From NCBI GenBank assembly GCA_043803405.1, contig JAZDKB010000027.1, forward strand, positions 48,536 to 112,535: a stretch of DNA of 64,000 bases, in the 5' to 3' direction. Below, piece after piece: positions 50,128 to 59,976 of this stretch. Numbering within the stretch: the stretch's first letter is position 1; every line of letters starts with the position of its first letter. Both the position numbers and the translations under genes were made by a program. Under the pieces are notes generated by a model. That model was not told the origin of the DNA, did not search any database, and saw nothing but the letters and a program-made list of their open reading frames with translations. This stretch comes from Spirochaetota bacterium (GTDB taxonomy: Bacteria; Spirochaetota; UBA4802; JAFGDQ01).

Positions 50128-51429
50128 TTATTTCATCAGCAGCGACGGCAAATATGTCGATAGCTCTGGGACAAGAAACATTATTATAACAAGAAGTATC
50201 AGGGATATCAGGAACGGGTACACGCCGCGGTAGATTTCCCGCAAAGGCACTTTTGTAATATTCTTTACAATAAAAACAGGCGCAGCAACAGGGGGAATTA
50301 CACCGCCTATCCCGACTGTTGTTGCTATCATCATGCAGGCCCAGATCGGATCATAGCCAAGGCTGAGAATTACGGGATAGAATATCGGTGTGGCCAGTAT
50401 CATGAATGCGAGGTCGTCCATAAAAGATCCGCCCACCAGGTATACGAACAGGATTATAATCATGATTATGCTGCGGTGAAACGGGAGAGTCGCTGTCCAT
50501 CCCGCAACATTGGCAGGTATATTTGTAACAGCAATAAAATGGCCGAATATTGCCGAAGATGCAACCAGCATAAGTATCATGCACGAAGTGCGCAAAGATT
50601 CCTGCAATGATTTTCTGAATTTAAAATAGTTCAGATCTTTCTTTAAAAAGCACAGCATGATTAAAGCAAATGTTCCAACGCTGGCTGCTTCAGTTGGAGT
50701 AAAAAAACCGTTCATCAGCCCGCCTATCATGATTACGAATATAATCATCGGCAATATAACTGCCGGAAGAGTGGCAAACCGTTCTTTCCATGCGTATTTC
50801 ATGCTTGCAGGCCCTATCTCAGGATTTATACGCGCCCATCCGAATATGACGATCATAAAAAATAAAGATAATATCAATCCAGGAATAATACCTGCAAGGA
50901 AAAGCTTACCGATCGACTGCTGCGTGACAATTCCCAGAATTATAAGAACCGTGCTGGGAGGCAAAAGCGTGCCGAGCGTGGATACAGTTGCCACGATTCC
51001 TGTTGAAAGCTTCTTGCTGTAATTATATTTATCCATTTCCGGCACTGCCACACTGGCGAAAGTGGCGGATGTGGCAAGCAATGATCCGCATATTGTTTTA
51101 AAAATCGCGGCACCTATTACAGTAGCTAGCGCCAGCCCGCCTGCTATATGACCTATGAATTTGTGAAATACATCGTACAGCCGCTGGGCAATGCCGGCAT
51201 TGAACGCAACCTGTCCCATCAAAACGAACAAAGGCACAACCGTAAGAGAATAACTTTCGAGTGAATCAAAGTAATCATTTGCCAGAATGTTCATTGCTGC
51301 ATTCGGAGAAACAACAACTGCGTACCCGATAAATCCTATAACTGTCATTGTTACAAACATTTCAATGCCGGTGAGGAAAAGACCCAGTAAAAAAATAAGG
51401 CCTATTATACCTATAGCCAATTCATTCAT
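50128..51429 (-). CDS. dctM: TRAP transporter large permease
   Basis: VPLFVLMG, LLPPS, LFLAGIIPG and FTPTEAA. Confidence 0.93.
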   Translation of the reverse strand: MNELAIGIIGLIFLLGLFLTGIEMFVTMTVIGFIGYAVVVSPNAAMNILANDYFDSLESYSLTVVPLFVLMGQVAFNAGIAQRLYDVFHKFIGHIAGGLALATVIGAAIFKTICGSLLATSATFASVAVPEMDKYNYSKKLSTGIVATVSTLGTLLPPSTVLIILGIVTQQSIGKLFLAGIIPGLILSLFFMIVIFGWARINPEIGPASMKYAWKERFATLPAVILPMIIFVIMIGGLMNGFFTPTEAASVGTFALIMLCFLKKDLNYFKFRKSLQESLRTSCMILMLVASSAIFGHFIAVTNIPANVAGWTATLPFHRSIIMIIILFVYLVGGSFMDDLAFMILATPIFYPVILSLGYDPIWACMMIATTVGIGGVIPPVAAPVFIVKNITKVPLREIYRGVYPFLISLILLVIIMFLVPELSTYLPSLLMK

Positions 51430-51905
51430 TTCTGTTCCTCTGTGATGAATAATTTAAAAATGTCAGTAACAAGTGTAAGGCTTTCAATAAAAAAACAGAA
51501 AGCCAGTGCATAAGCAGCGTAGAAGCATGGGATGTGAAGAGTCCCGGTTATTTCGCCGGCTTTCTGAAGGCTGGCTCCTTTTTTAAAAAGATTATACGAA
51601 AGTAGGCTGATTATGATAATCCCGATTATTCTTGTGATTATGAAAACAATGTTTCTCACAGCCGGAGTGCGATGCTCAATGAGGAAATCGACAAAGACAT
51701 GCCCCCTGTCCCACGATGTCTGCGGAACCGCAAACCCGATTACTATTGCGCCTGTCATGGCCACCAGTTCGTAAGTTCCCACAATAGGTCTGCCGAAAAT
51801 CCTGAGCACTACGTCAGCCATTGTAAGCAGCATCATAAATATAAGAACAAACTCAGCTATTGAATTCAGCAAGTAGTTGATTTTTTTTATTGAGAGTAAA
51901 AACAT
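51426..51905 (-). CDS. dctQ: TRAP transporter small permease (start approximate)
   Basis: Four TM segments, DVVLR, GHVFVD; lies between dctP and dctM; GGGAGGG SD. Confidence 0.88.
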   Translation of the reverse strand: MFLLSIKKINYLLNSIAEFVLIFMMLLTMADVVLRIFGRPIVGTYELVAMTGAIVIGFAVPQTSWDRGHVFVDFLIEHRTPAVRNIVFIITRIIGIIIISLLSYNLFKKGASLQKAGEITGTLHIPCFYAAYALAFCFFIESLTLVTDIFKLFITEEQK

Positions 51906-51948
51906 TTTCACCATCCCTCCCTGGAAATAAAGGACGTACAAATAAAAT

Positions 51949-52051
51949 ACCACAGAGACACGGAGGATTTTTTATGTAAAGGACTTTGTTCTATTAACAA
52001 ATGTCTTTAATTATTATAAAAATTAACTCTGTGCTTCTGCGTCTCTGTGGT
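51949..52051. repeat. Palindromic element ACCACAGAGACACGGAG...CTCTGTG...GTCTCTGTGGT
   Basis: Complementary arms 51949-51965 and 52027-52051 between dctP and dctQ. Confidence 0.75.
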
Positions 52052-52086
52052 AAATTAATCCTTGTCAGACACCTTAATTAAAAAAA

Positions 52087-53112
52087 TTATTTCGTATGTT
52101 TCTTTAAATAATCCTGGCAGAATTTCAATACTTCTTCGCCCGGTAAATTCTTTGCTTTCATCTTGCTGATGTATTTTTCATTAAGCGGCTGCGCCTTTGC
52201 CGCCCATCTTGCCTGCTCTTTCGCAGAAAGCTTAATGACTTTATTGCCTCTATTAAGAGAAAACTTCTTTCCTGTCGCGTCCATTTCGTCCCAGAGTTTT
52301 CCGTTCTTCTCGATCCATTCCTTGTTTATCTGTTCAATTATTTTCTGCTGCGCTGCGGGAATGCTCGCCCATTTGTCCTTGTTCATCATAACTATAAAAA
52401 CAGCGGTATATGCTGAAGTAAAATTTTCAATGCTGTATTTTATTACTTCGCCCAATTTCCAGCCTTCAAGAGATTCATAAGGACACGTTAGCCCGTCGGC
52501 TACGCCTTTCGATATAGCATCATAAGCATCGCCCATTGGAGTTGAAACCGGAACTCCGCCAAGTGATGAAATAAACTCAGCATTCGATCCGAGTGTGCGG
52601 ATTTTTAAGCCTTTCAGGTCTTCAAGTTTGTTTACCGGCACTTTTGTATGAAGAATGCCTGCTCCGTGCGCGTGAAAATATAAAACTTTAACTTCGTTGA
52701 ATTCCTTTGGATTAAACTTTTTAAAGTATTCATTTGCCAGCCTGGTTGCCGTAATGCCGCTTGTGTATCCGAGAGGAAAAGCAAGCACTTCGGAAAGAGG
52801 GAATTTGCCCATTGTGTATCCGATTACGGTATTGCCCGCGTCTGCGACTCCCTGTACAACGCTGTCGTAAGTCTGTGGAGCAGGAGTAAGCGTTCCGCCC
52901 GGATACTGGGTGACTTTAACCTTTCCGCCTGTTCTTTTTTCAACTTCTTTTCCCCATTGCTCGGTGATTATTGCCATTTTATGCGTCGGCTGAAAGAAAG
53001 TAGAAAATCTGATGTTAACGACCTTGTCTTCGCTAAAGCCGTTTGATGAAAAAAAGCATGTTGCTGCAAAGAATAAAAGTGTGAAAAACCTGATGTTTGC
53101 AAAGCGTTTCAT
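52087..53112 (-). CDS. dctP: TRAP transporter solute-binding protein
   Basis: Signal peptide; VEKRTGGKV..YPGGTL, LEDLKGLKIR and YDAISKGVADG. Confidence 0.93.
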   Translation of the reverse strand: MKRFANIRFFTLLFFAATCFFSSNGFSEDKVVNIRFSTFFQPTHKMAIITEQWGKEVEKRTGGKVKVTQYPGGTLTPAPQTYDSVVQGVADAGNTVIGYTMGKFPLSEVLAFPLGYTSGITATRLANEYFKKFNPKEFNEVKVLYFHAHGAGILHTKVPVNKLEDLKGLKIRTLGSNAEFISSLGGVPVSTPMGDAYDAISKGVADGLTCPYESLEGWKLGEVIKYSIENFTSAYTAVFIVMMNKDKWASIPAAQQKIIEQINKEWIEKNGKLWDEMDATGKKFSLNRGNKVIKLSAKEQARWAAKAQPLNEKYISKMKAKNLPGEEVLKFCQDYLKKHTK

Positions 53113-53288
53113 AAATCCTCCTGATATTTAATTTTTATAATATTTTAAATACATACTTACTGAGAATTAATATTTATTTTTTCGTTAAATAGTTAATATT
53201 CAGCAAAAAAGTCAATATAAAATATGATTATTGTCCAGAATGTTATATTTGATTAAGAGATGTTTACTTGATAATGTTGTGGTGTAAT

Positions 53289-53367
53289 ACCGAGACACTG
53301 AGTTTTATCCTGGTTTTTGTTATAAAATAATTAATTTGTCTACTCTGTGACTCCGTGCCTCAGTGGC
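53289..53367. repeat. Degenerate copy of the same palindromic element
   Basis: accgagacactgag ... ctctgtgactccgtgcctcagtggc. Confidence 0.6.
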
Positions 53368-53425
53368 AAATTTAATTTGAATTTATCCGGTCAAGATACT
53401 AACTTTATTCCGGGAAGCGTAACGA

Positions 53426-54442
53426 CTAATCCGCGTATTTAAACATCGCATCGACGCACACAAGCGCTCTTTTGCGAACGTCCTCGTCTATTTTTATTCT
53501 GTCTTTTTCCTGCGGATTCTTTAACACGCGCAGCACATCTTCCAGTGTGTTTGATTTCATGTATTTGCACAGGGTGCAGGCGCCTACTATCTTTTTCTCC
53601 GGCATTTCAATCTGTAAGCGTGTGCTTATTCCGCATTCGGTAAGAATAAGGAATACATCGTTTGCGGGAGCGGTTTTCATATATCGCAGAATATCCGACG
53701 TGCTCCCCGTAAAGTCGCTCAGGTGAAGAATGTCCGGGCTGCATTCGGGATGCGCCAGCACTTTCAGATTTTTATACTGGAATTTAAGAGTATAAATAGT
53801 CTCAGGTTTAAATTCCTCATGCACATAACACGTCCCTGTCCAGAGTTTAATATCTTTTTTAACGCCCCGTTTTTGCATTTCTTCTATAATATTGAGTCCC
53901 ATGAGCCTGTCAGGCAGGAAAAATATTTTATCTGAAGGATATTTTTCTATTATGTTATACACGTTCGAGGAAGTAACACAGACATCGCATTCGGCTTTAA
54001 CTTCGGCTGTTGTATTTATATAGCATGCAAAAGCATAGTCCGGGTATTGCTTCTTTAGTGCAATTACATCCCCGGCTGTTATTGAGTCTGCCAGTGAACA
54101 GCCGTTTAGCTCGCTCGGGATAAGAACCTCTTTCTCCGGGTTCAGAATTTTGGCTGTTTCTCCCATGAATTTAACTGCAACAAAAACAATTAAATCTGCG
54201 TTTGAATTTTTAGCGTCCTTGCTGAGCCCGTAGGAATCGCCCACAAAATCCGCGATGCTGTAAATAATTTCCGGGCTTACATAAGAGTGTACCAGTATAA
54301 CGGCGTTTTTTTCTTTTTTGAGCCTGTTTATTTCTTCGATTAATGGAACGAACTCATTGCATTTTGCAAGCGAATATGTGCAATGTCCGCAGCCATCGGA
54401 CACCTTTTGCAATTTATTATAGAGTGTTTCAGCAGAAGTCAT
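53426..54442 (-). CDS. nadA: Quinolinate synthase
   Basis: ILVHSY, GDS, FMGETAKILNP, GCSLA, CVTSSN, CYVH, AHPEC, TECG and CKYMK. Confidence 0.95.
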   Translation of the reverse strand: MTSAETLYNKLQKVSDGCGHCTYSLAKCNEFVPLIEEINRLKKEKNAVILVHSYVSPEIIYSIADFVGDSYGLSKDAKNSNADLIVFVAVKFMGETAKILNPEKEVLIPSELNGCSLADSITAGDVIALKKQYPDYAFACYINTTAEVKAECDVCVTSSNVYNIIEKYPSDKIFFLPDRLMGLNIIEEMQKRGVKKDIKLWTGTCYVHEEFKPETIYTLKFQYKNLKVLAHPECSPDILHLSDFTGSTSDILRYMKTAPANDVFLILTECGISTRLQIEMPEKKIVGACTLCKYMKSNTLEDVLRVLKNPQEKDRIKIDEDVRKRALVCVDAMFKYAD

Positions 54443-54624
54443 TTTTCAGTACGCGGTTTTATGTAAAGCTGTTTTCCATTTAATTTAAGCCCGCATTAAA
54501 TAATTAAGGGTGTGTTTTGCAACATGCGGTCAGAATATATCCTGTGGAAACAAAAATGACTCTATATATAGAATGTCAATAAAAAAAATACCGGAATGAA
54601 TTTAATACTTTTCAGGATGAGTTT

Positions 54625-54679
54625 TAATAGAGCTGCCGGAAAGAAGCGTTTATACACTGCTTTCGCAGCAACTCTATTA
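54625..54679 (-). terminator. Long hairpin downstream of the solute-binding-protein gene
   Basis: Minus strand AATAGAGTTGC/GCAGCTCTATT and GAAAGCAGTG/CGCTTCTTTC; two mismatches become G-U pairs only on the minus strand; no U tail. Confidence 0.55.
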
Positions 54680-54696
54680 TCAGGCTTTAATGCAGT

Positions 54697-55479
54697 TTAT
54701 AGTTTGGAAGTATCTACGTATTTGCTTAATAGTTTGAAATACAATTTCTGGACATCCAGTTTTTCAAACGCCTGGTTATATTTAGCAACAAGTTCTTTTG
54801 AATTTTTGGAGAATACTATATGCTCCGCAGCAGGTTTTTCCGGCAAATAAATGATTCTGAATTTATTTTCCAGGTTCAATTGCTTAATGCCGAAAAGGAT
54901 TGTTACTGCATCAGGCGCGTAAGCTGCATCTACTCTTTTGGCCATTGCTTTTTTAATGCTGACTTCGATAAAATTGGGCGCGCCTACCAGGTCGAACTTA
55001 ATGCTTTTATCCTTCATAAAAGGAGTGATATACGTGTTTGTTGCATATCCGATTGTAAAGCCATTTAAATCCGATACTGTTTTTACTGTTTTTAATTTAC
55101 TTTCATTTAAAACTCCAAGACCCGGCCTGGGAATAAAGTATGGTTTAGCAGTAAAATCAACTTTAGTGCTTCTTTCAGGAGAAAAAACTATCAGCGCCGA
55201 TGCGTGATCCTGTTCTTTACCTAAAATTTCCATTTGTCTCTGCACTGATTTGGCTGCATTATCCCAGACGAATTTTACTCCCATTTCCTTTGCAATATAA
55301 TTCTCAATGAGGTCATAAACAGCCCCTGTAACCCTTCCGTTATTTTTATCAAAGAAAACATGAGGGCTTACATCAAAAAACTGCATTTTAACTACTTTAG
55401 TTTCAGCTTTTACATCCTGAACGGCAAATAACATAAGAGAAAAAAACAAAACTAATGATAGGCACAAAACTCTTTTCAT
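54697..55479 (-). CDS. Orphan solute-binding protein (family 3-like)
   Basis: Signal peptide; SPER...DFT.KPY, SDLNGFTIG and KRVDA. Confidence 0.8.
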   Translation of the reverse strand: MKRVLCLSLVLFFSLMLFAVQDVKAETKVVKMQFFDVSPHVFFDKNNGRVTGAVYDLIENYIAKEMGVKFVWDNAAKSVQRQMEILGKEQDHASALIVFSPERSTKVDFTAKPYFIPRPGLGVLNESKLKTVKTVSDLNGFTIGYATNTYITPFMKDKSIKFDLVGAPNFIEVSIKKAMAKRVDAAYAPDAVTILFGIKQLNLENKFRIIYLPEKPAAEHIVFSKNSKELVAKYNQAFEKLDVQKLYFKLLSKYVDTSKL

Positions 55480-55514
55480 ACGTATTCCTCCATTTCCAGA
55501 TATAATGTTGTTTT

Positions 55515-55672
55515 AGTTGGGCGAACTTAAAAGGGAGAGCTAAAAAACCCTAAAGTATTTTAACCCAGAACGTGAGCAAAGTCAAAGACAATATATTTTT
55601 TTGGAAAAAGAAGAGGCCTCAATTCTATCATATTGTCTTAAAGTAATTCTGCCTGTTTAATTTCGCCCAACT
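55515..55672 (-). other. Structured 5' leader or long inverted-repeat element
   Basis: 16 of 17 bp outer stem plus a perfect 10-bp inner stem (see findings). Confidence 0.6.
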
Positions 55673-55684
55673 TATTTAAAAAGC

Positions 55685-55728
55685 TATCGACTGATCGGTA
55701 TACTAGTATAGTATCAAAAAATAGTCAA
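55685..55728 (-). promoter_or_regulatory. Sigma70-type promoter with an overlapping TetR-like operator
   Basis: TTGACT-17 nt-TAGTAT on the minus strand; palindrome TATACTAGTATA (55699-55710) and imperfect TATCGACTGATCGGTA (55685-55700). Confidence 0.6.
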
Positions 55729-55758
55729 TTATAATTTAAAATTAAAATCTTTTTATTA

Positions 55759-56406
55759 TTAAAAAATATTATTATTCGGATTATTTCTAATTCCTCTTAA
55801 AAGAACCTTAAGTGCAAGATCACTGGTAATTTTTAAATGGGTTTTGCCATGAATTATATTTTTACTTCTCTCAAAATGCAATATCCCAAGTGCTGATGTG
55901 AATATGACTTCCGCAAGAGTCCTTGGGTCGGTTTTTATAAATATGCCATTATCAACTCCGTATGCGATAATTGCGTGCTGGATTTTAGCCACCCTTGAGC
56001 CTGTCTGATGTAATTTGACACGCAGATATTCAGGAAGGTGGCGTATCACTTCATCCTGATGAAAGAAATAATTCAGATGAAATACATCAGGATCTCTTTC
56101 ATAATACGCCTGAAAGCATTCCCACAATTTTTCAAGAAGTTCATTCTTATATATTTCTCTGTTGTCATAAACTTTCTGAAGCTGTTCCGCAAAAAAATCA
56201 TAGTAAGCTACAATAGCATTTATAAAAATTTCATCCTTGCTTTTAAAATATATATACAAGGCAGCACGGCTTAATTCTGAATTTTCGGCTATTTTATCCA
56301 TGGTAACAGCATAATAGCCTTCTTGTTTATATATCTTCATTGCAGCCGCAATAGCGCTGTCGCGCCTGATGTTTTTTTCGCGTTCCCTTCTTTCTGAAAC
56401 ACCCAT
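55759..56406 (-). CDS. TetR/AcrR family transcriptional regulator
   Basis: MGVSERRERE...VTMDKIAENSELSRAALYIYFKSKDEI. Confidence 0.92.
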   Translation of the reverse strand: MGVSERREREKNIRRDSAIAAAMKIYKQEGYYAVTMDKIAENSELSRAALYIYFKSKDEIFINAIVAYYDFFAEQLQKVYDNREIYKNELLEKLWECFQAYYERDPDVFHLNYFFHQDEVIRHLPEYLRVKLHQTGSRVAKIQHAIIAYGVDNGIFIKTDPRTLAEVIFTSALGILHFERSKNIIHGKTHLKITSDLALKVLLRGIRNNPNNNIF

Positions 56407-56691
56407 CTATACCTTCTCCTTTTCCGGGTTCTCTCTGTAAAGAATAAGCACATTGCCAATCAGCCCAATTATTTCCGAATCGGATTTCTCTGCGATCTCC
56501 TGCGCGATCTCTCTTTTCTCTTCCTTGTATTCAAGAAATTTGATTTTAATAAGCTCATGAGAAAGAAGGGCGTCACCAATTGCCTTTAACAATGATTCCG
56601 TCATTCCCTTGTTGCCGATTTGTATTACGGGTTTTAAATGATGCGCCTTTGCTTTTAATCTTTTTTTTTCAGTGACAGATAAATGTTCCAT
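56407..56691 (-). CDS. yhbY: CRM-domain RNA-binding protein YhbY
   Basis: AHHLKPVIQIGNKG, HELIKIK and IGNVLILYR. Confidence 0.93.
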   Translation of the reverse strand: MEHLSVTEKKRLKAKAHHLKPVIQIGNKGMTESLLKAIGDALLSHELIKIKFLEYKEEKREIAQEIAEKSDSEIIGLIGNVLILYRENPEKEKV

Positions 56692-56819
56692 GGATCGCCT
56701 TTTATATTTTTCTAAAATTAAGATATTGCTTAAACAGGATAATCGTACTCAGGGGAATCGTTAATTCAATTTATGTGTAATTAACTACATATCGAAAACA
56801 GACATGTAATCGATCTTCG

Positions 56820-58751
56820 CTAATAATCGTTTGTGATCATCTGCACAGCGCCCTTTGCCTCTTTCTGCACGTACGGGTCACTGTCTTTGGCGGCCAGCCG
56901 TTTCAACTCGGGCAGAGCCGGTTTTGCGTTCCTGCCGAGATTCCCAAGGGCTTTTGCGCAGCGCAGTCGGGCCGCGTGATGGCTGTGGCCGAGCCCTTTT
57001 ATGAGATAGGGCATTGCGGAAAGGCCGATCTTTTTTATAGCTTCTTCCGCTTCGTAAGACACGCCGTTGTCGTAATCCGGGAATGATTCAATAAGAAGCT
57101 CAATTCCTTTCGGATTCTTTGTATTAATGTTCCCGAGCGTCTTTGCGCAAAAGTTGCGGAGCCTGCCGCCCTGGTACCCGAAGCCCTGCTGTGCAAGGTA
57201 TCTTATTACAGTAGCCTCAGCTTCCGCTGCGGAAGCCCCCATTTTAGAAAGCGTCTCAGCAGCAGCCAGCTTTTTACCCCAGTCCCCTGACTGCATATCC
57301 GCCTCCAGGTCTTTTACCGAAGGCGAGCTTGCACACTTCATTTTGTTCCTGAGAATGTAAAGAGTCCGTTCTTCGACAATATACCTGTATCCTTTTTTCT
57401 TCGCAGTATTAACGGACATGCAGTATAGCCCTTCAAGCGATTTGTTTATGGTTATCAGATCTTCGGTATATTCTTTAATTCTGTTTTTGTCCTGTTCGTA
57501 CCTGCCTTCTGTTTTGGATTCCACGCTTTTTATAAAATCCGCGCAATCTTCGGCAAGCGCGTCCGACTTCCTGCTGTTTAAAAAAGCGATTAAAGCGGCA
57601 AGGGCTTCTTTTCTGTCGCTTCTTTTTTCCGCGTTAAAATACATTGCTTCTAGCGCATCAGCGCCTTTTTTATTGTATTTATCATTATCAGGTATAATGC
57701 CGGAATATTTTTTAAATACGTAAATTGGAACTTCCATGCTTTCATTATGCGAATTTATTTTAAAACCTGAGAGCACATTAAAAAGTATATCTTCCTGTAA
57801 AGCCGGGACAGGTTTGCCGATTTTTTTATCGGACGCCAGGGACATTACCTCATCCGCTCTTTCCTTAAGGAGCTTTGTTTCGCCTTTCCCTTTGAAGATA
57901 TACCCGAACGGAGCGTAAAGGCCGTGGGTATGTGTCCTTTTAAGCGCGGAAAGAGCAGTTTTCCATTCTTCGCTGTCTATTGATCCATCTGATGCAAAAT
58001 ATCGGATTATTTCAATTGCCCTGCTTCCATCGGACGGATTTTCAATTGAGTTAAGCGTTGCTATTAAAAAAGCTTTATATTTTGCAGGATATATCCTGTA
58101 CCTGGTAAATGAGTACATGACTTCATAATGCACTTTCCCGCATTCATTATCGAACGGGATTTTAACTGCGGTGTCGACTGCGCTGTTTATAAGGCTTTCG
58201 CTGCTTAGATCGCTCAGGGCTTTTTTTATTGAGGATTTCTCTTTTTCACAGTCTGGTTTTTCAGCCTGTGCTGTATTGCCGTCCTGTGAGGATACAGGCA
58301 TGGCAGCAGTGAACGCGTAGATGATCTCGCCCGTGCCGACATGGATGAACCTGCCATTAATGACGAGCTTGTTCCCGATCTCGGTATACGAACCGGACGC
58401 TACTACATCCACAGGGAGCAGGGTCCCGAGCTTCATTGCCTTTTCGGAATCCACAACGCCTGTCTGTGACAGCTCGTGCTCTTTCAGAAGTAGTTCCAGC
58501 CTTTTCCGCTCCAGCAGGGTAAGCCTGTATTTGCTTAGTTCGCTTATTATGGAGTCTGCTATGAATGCTCCGTAGCGGTTTTTATCGCCTGCGCCCGCAA
58601 AGTCGAGGACTGCAACACGCGTGTTCTTCCTGTCTTCCGCGAACTTTTTTACGGCATTGGGAATGCTGTCTTCCGATGCCAGGGAGATGTTGAAAATATT
58701 AAATATAAATATAATTGAAAGAATAATTATTACAGGTGTTCGTTTCATCAT
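56820..58751 (-). CDS. Exported protein: CsgG/FlgO-like N-domain, helical middle, C-terminal HEAT repeats
   Basis: RVAVLDF...LLERKRLELLLKEHELSQTG...LGTLL; C-terminal RLRCAKALGNLG. Confidence 0.75.
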   Translation of the reverse strand: MMKRTPVIIILSIIFIFNIFNISLASEDSIPNAVKKFAEDRKNTRVAVLDFAGAGDKNRYGAFIADSIISELSKYRLTLLERKRLELLLKEHELSQTGVVDSEKAMKLGTLLPVDVVASGSYTEIGNKLVINGRFIHVGTGEIIYAFTAAMPVSSQDGNTAQAEKPDCEKEKSSIKKALSDLSSESLINSAVDTAVKIPFDNECGKVHYEVMYSFTRYRIYPAKYKAFLIATLNSIENPSDGSRAIEIIRYFASDGSIDSEEWKTALSALKRTHTHGLYAPFGYIFKGKGETKLLKERADEVMSLASDKKIGKPVPALQEDILFNVLSGFKINSHNESMEVPIYVFKKYSGIIPDNDKYNKKGADALEAMYFNAEKRSDRKEALAALIAFLNSRKSDALAEDCADFIKSVESKTEGRYEQDKNRIKEYTEDLITINKSLEGLYCMSVNTAKKKGYRYIVEERTLYILRNKMKCASSPSVKDLEADMQSGDWGKKLAAAETLSKMGASAAEAEATVIRYLAQQGFGYQGGRLRNFCAKTLGNINTKNPKGIELLIESFPDYDNGVSYEAEEAIKKIGLSAMPYLIKGLGHSHHAARLRCAKALGNLGRNAKPALPELKRLAAKDSDPYVQKEAKGAVQMITNDY

Positions 58752-59029
58752 TTTTCGTTCATTAGATTTTAAATAAAAAATAAACATGGATTTTTAAAAA
58801 AATCAAGCAGTAAAATTGTTTCTTGAAAAAATACTTACAGATATAGAAAATCAAAATAATTACTTGCCTTTTCCCGGGGATTATCGTTTGGTTTAACGAA
58901 CAAATTAAGATTATAAATTTAAATTTAATAAAGTCTAACATGGAATTACTGGTTCAATCGTAAGCTGTCCTGAGAATATATTTTAAATAATTTCAAATCT
59001 CGGTAAAGAATAAAAGGGGGATAAAATCT

Positions 59030-59956
59030 ATGCCGATAAAAAAATTTAAACCTATCAAAATTACGGATCATTTTTATCAGCTTGGGACGCCGTTTTTTCC
59101 GGCGTATCTGTCGTTGGGGGACGACGCAATGATAATCGAAGGCGGAACAGGAGCTACGGCAGGCATTATACAGGAAAACCTGCAGGAGCTGGAGATCCCG
59201 CCCGAAAGAGTAAAATACATTGTACTTACTCATACTCACGGCGACCACATAGGCGCTGTTCCTCATTTGAGACGGAAATGGAAACATGTTAAACTAATAG
59301 GCAGTTCAACAGCGTCAAAAACGTTGGGCTACTATAAAGTAATCGAAGAATTTATCAAGCTGGACGATTTTATAGCAAAGCGCATGAAGCTGTTAAAGGA
59401 AATCGCTGACCTGCCGCCCAAGCTCCATCAATATAATTTTAAAATAGATAAAACGGTTGAGGACGGAAGCGTAATAGACCTCGGGGCAGGCGTTTACTGG
59501 ACAGTTCATTTTACTCCCGGCCATTCGACCTGCCAGATAGCCCTGTTCGAGCCCAAAGAAAGCATTCTCGTTACAGGGGACGCCTGCGGGCTGTACGAGC
59601 CCGCTATCGACGCATTCTGGCCTAACTATTTTATTTCGCTTGAGCAATACTGCAACAGCATACGCAAGCTCGCGTCTTTTCAGGCAAAGCGTCTTGCCCT
59701 GAGCCATAACGGAGTTATCTCGAAGGATACGCATGAATTTTTAAAGCATGCATTAAAGGCAACGGAAGATTACCATCTTGAAATGCTGGAAAGAGTAAAC
59801 TATGGGGATGAGCCGCGCGAGGTTGCAGTAGAAAAAGCGCAATGGATAGAGTCATTTGTAGTGCATATGCCTTACAGGCTGATGGAAATGTCGACTCAGC
59901 TTCTTATAAACCGTTCGCAAAAAGACTCTGAAAAAACCGATATTTTCAGCATTTAA
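59030..59956 (+). CDS. MBL-fold metallo-hydrolase
   Basis: THTHGDHIG, TPGHS, TGDA and LSHNG. Confidence 0.9.
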   Translation: MPIKKFKPIKITDHFYQLGTPFFPAYLSLGDDAMIIEGGTGATAGIIQENLQELEIPPERVKYIVLTHTHGDHIGAVPHLRRKWKHVKLIGSSTASKTLGYYKVIEEFIKLDDFIAKRMKLLKEIADLPPKLHQYNFKIDKTVEDGSVIDLGAGVYWTVHFTPGHSTCQIALFEPKESILVTGDACGLYEPAIDAFWPNYFISLEQYCNSIRKLASFQAKRLALSHNGVISKDTHEFLKHALKATEDYHLEMLERVNYGDEPREVAVEKAQWIESFVVHMPYRLMEMSTQLLINRSQKDSEKTDIFSI

Positions 59957-59976
59957 TATTTCACGGCAGATAAGCT

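Noticed and set aside
54443..54620. NAD-related riboswitch or operator upstream of nadA
   Set aside because: Only a TTGACA box and a short TA palindrome are visible; no recognisable motif
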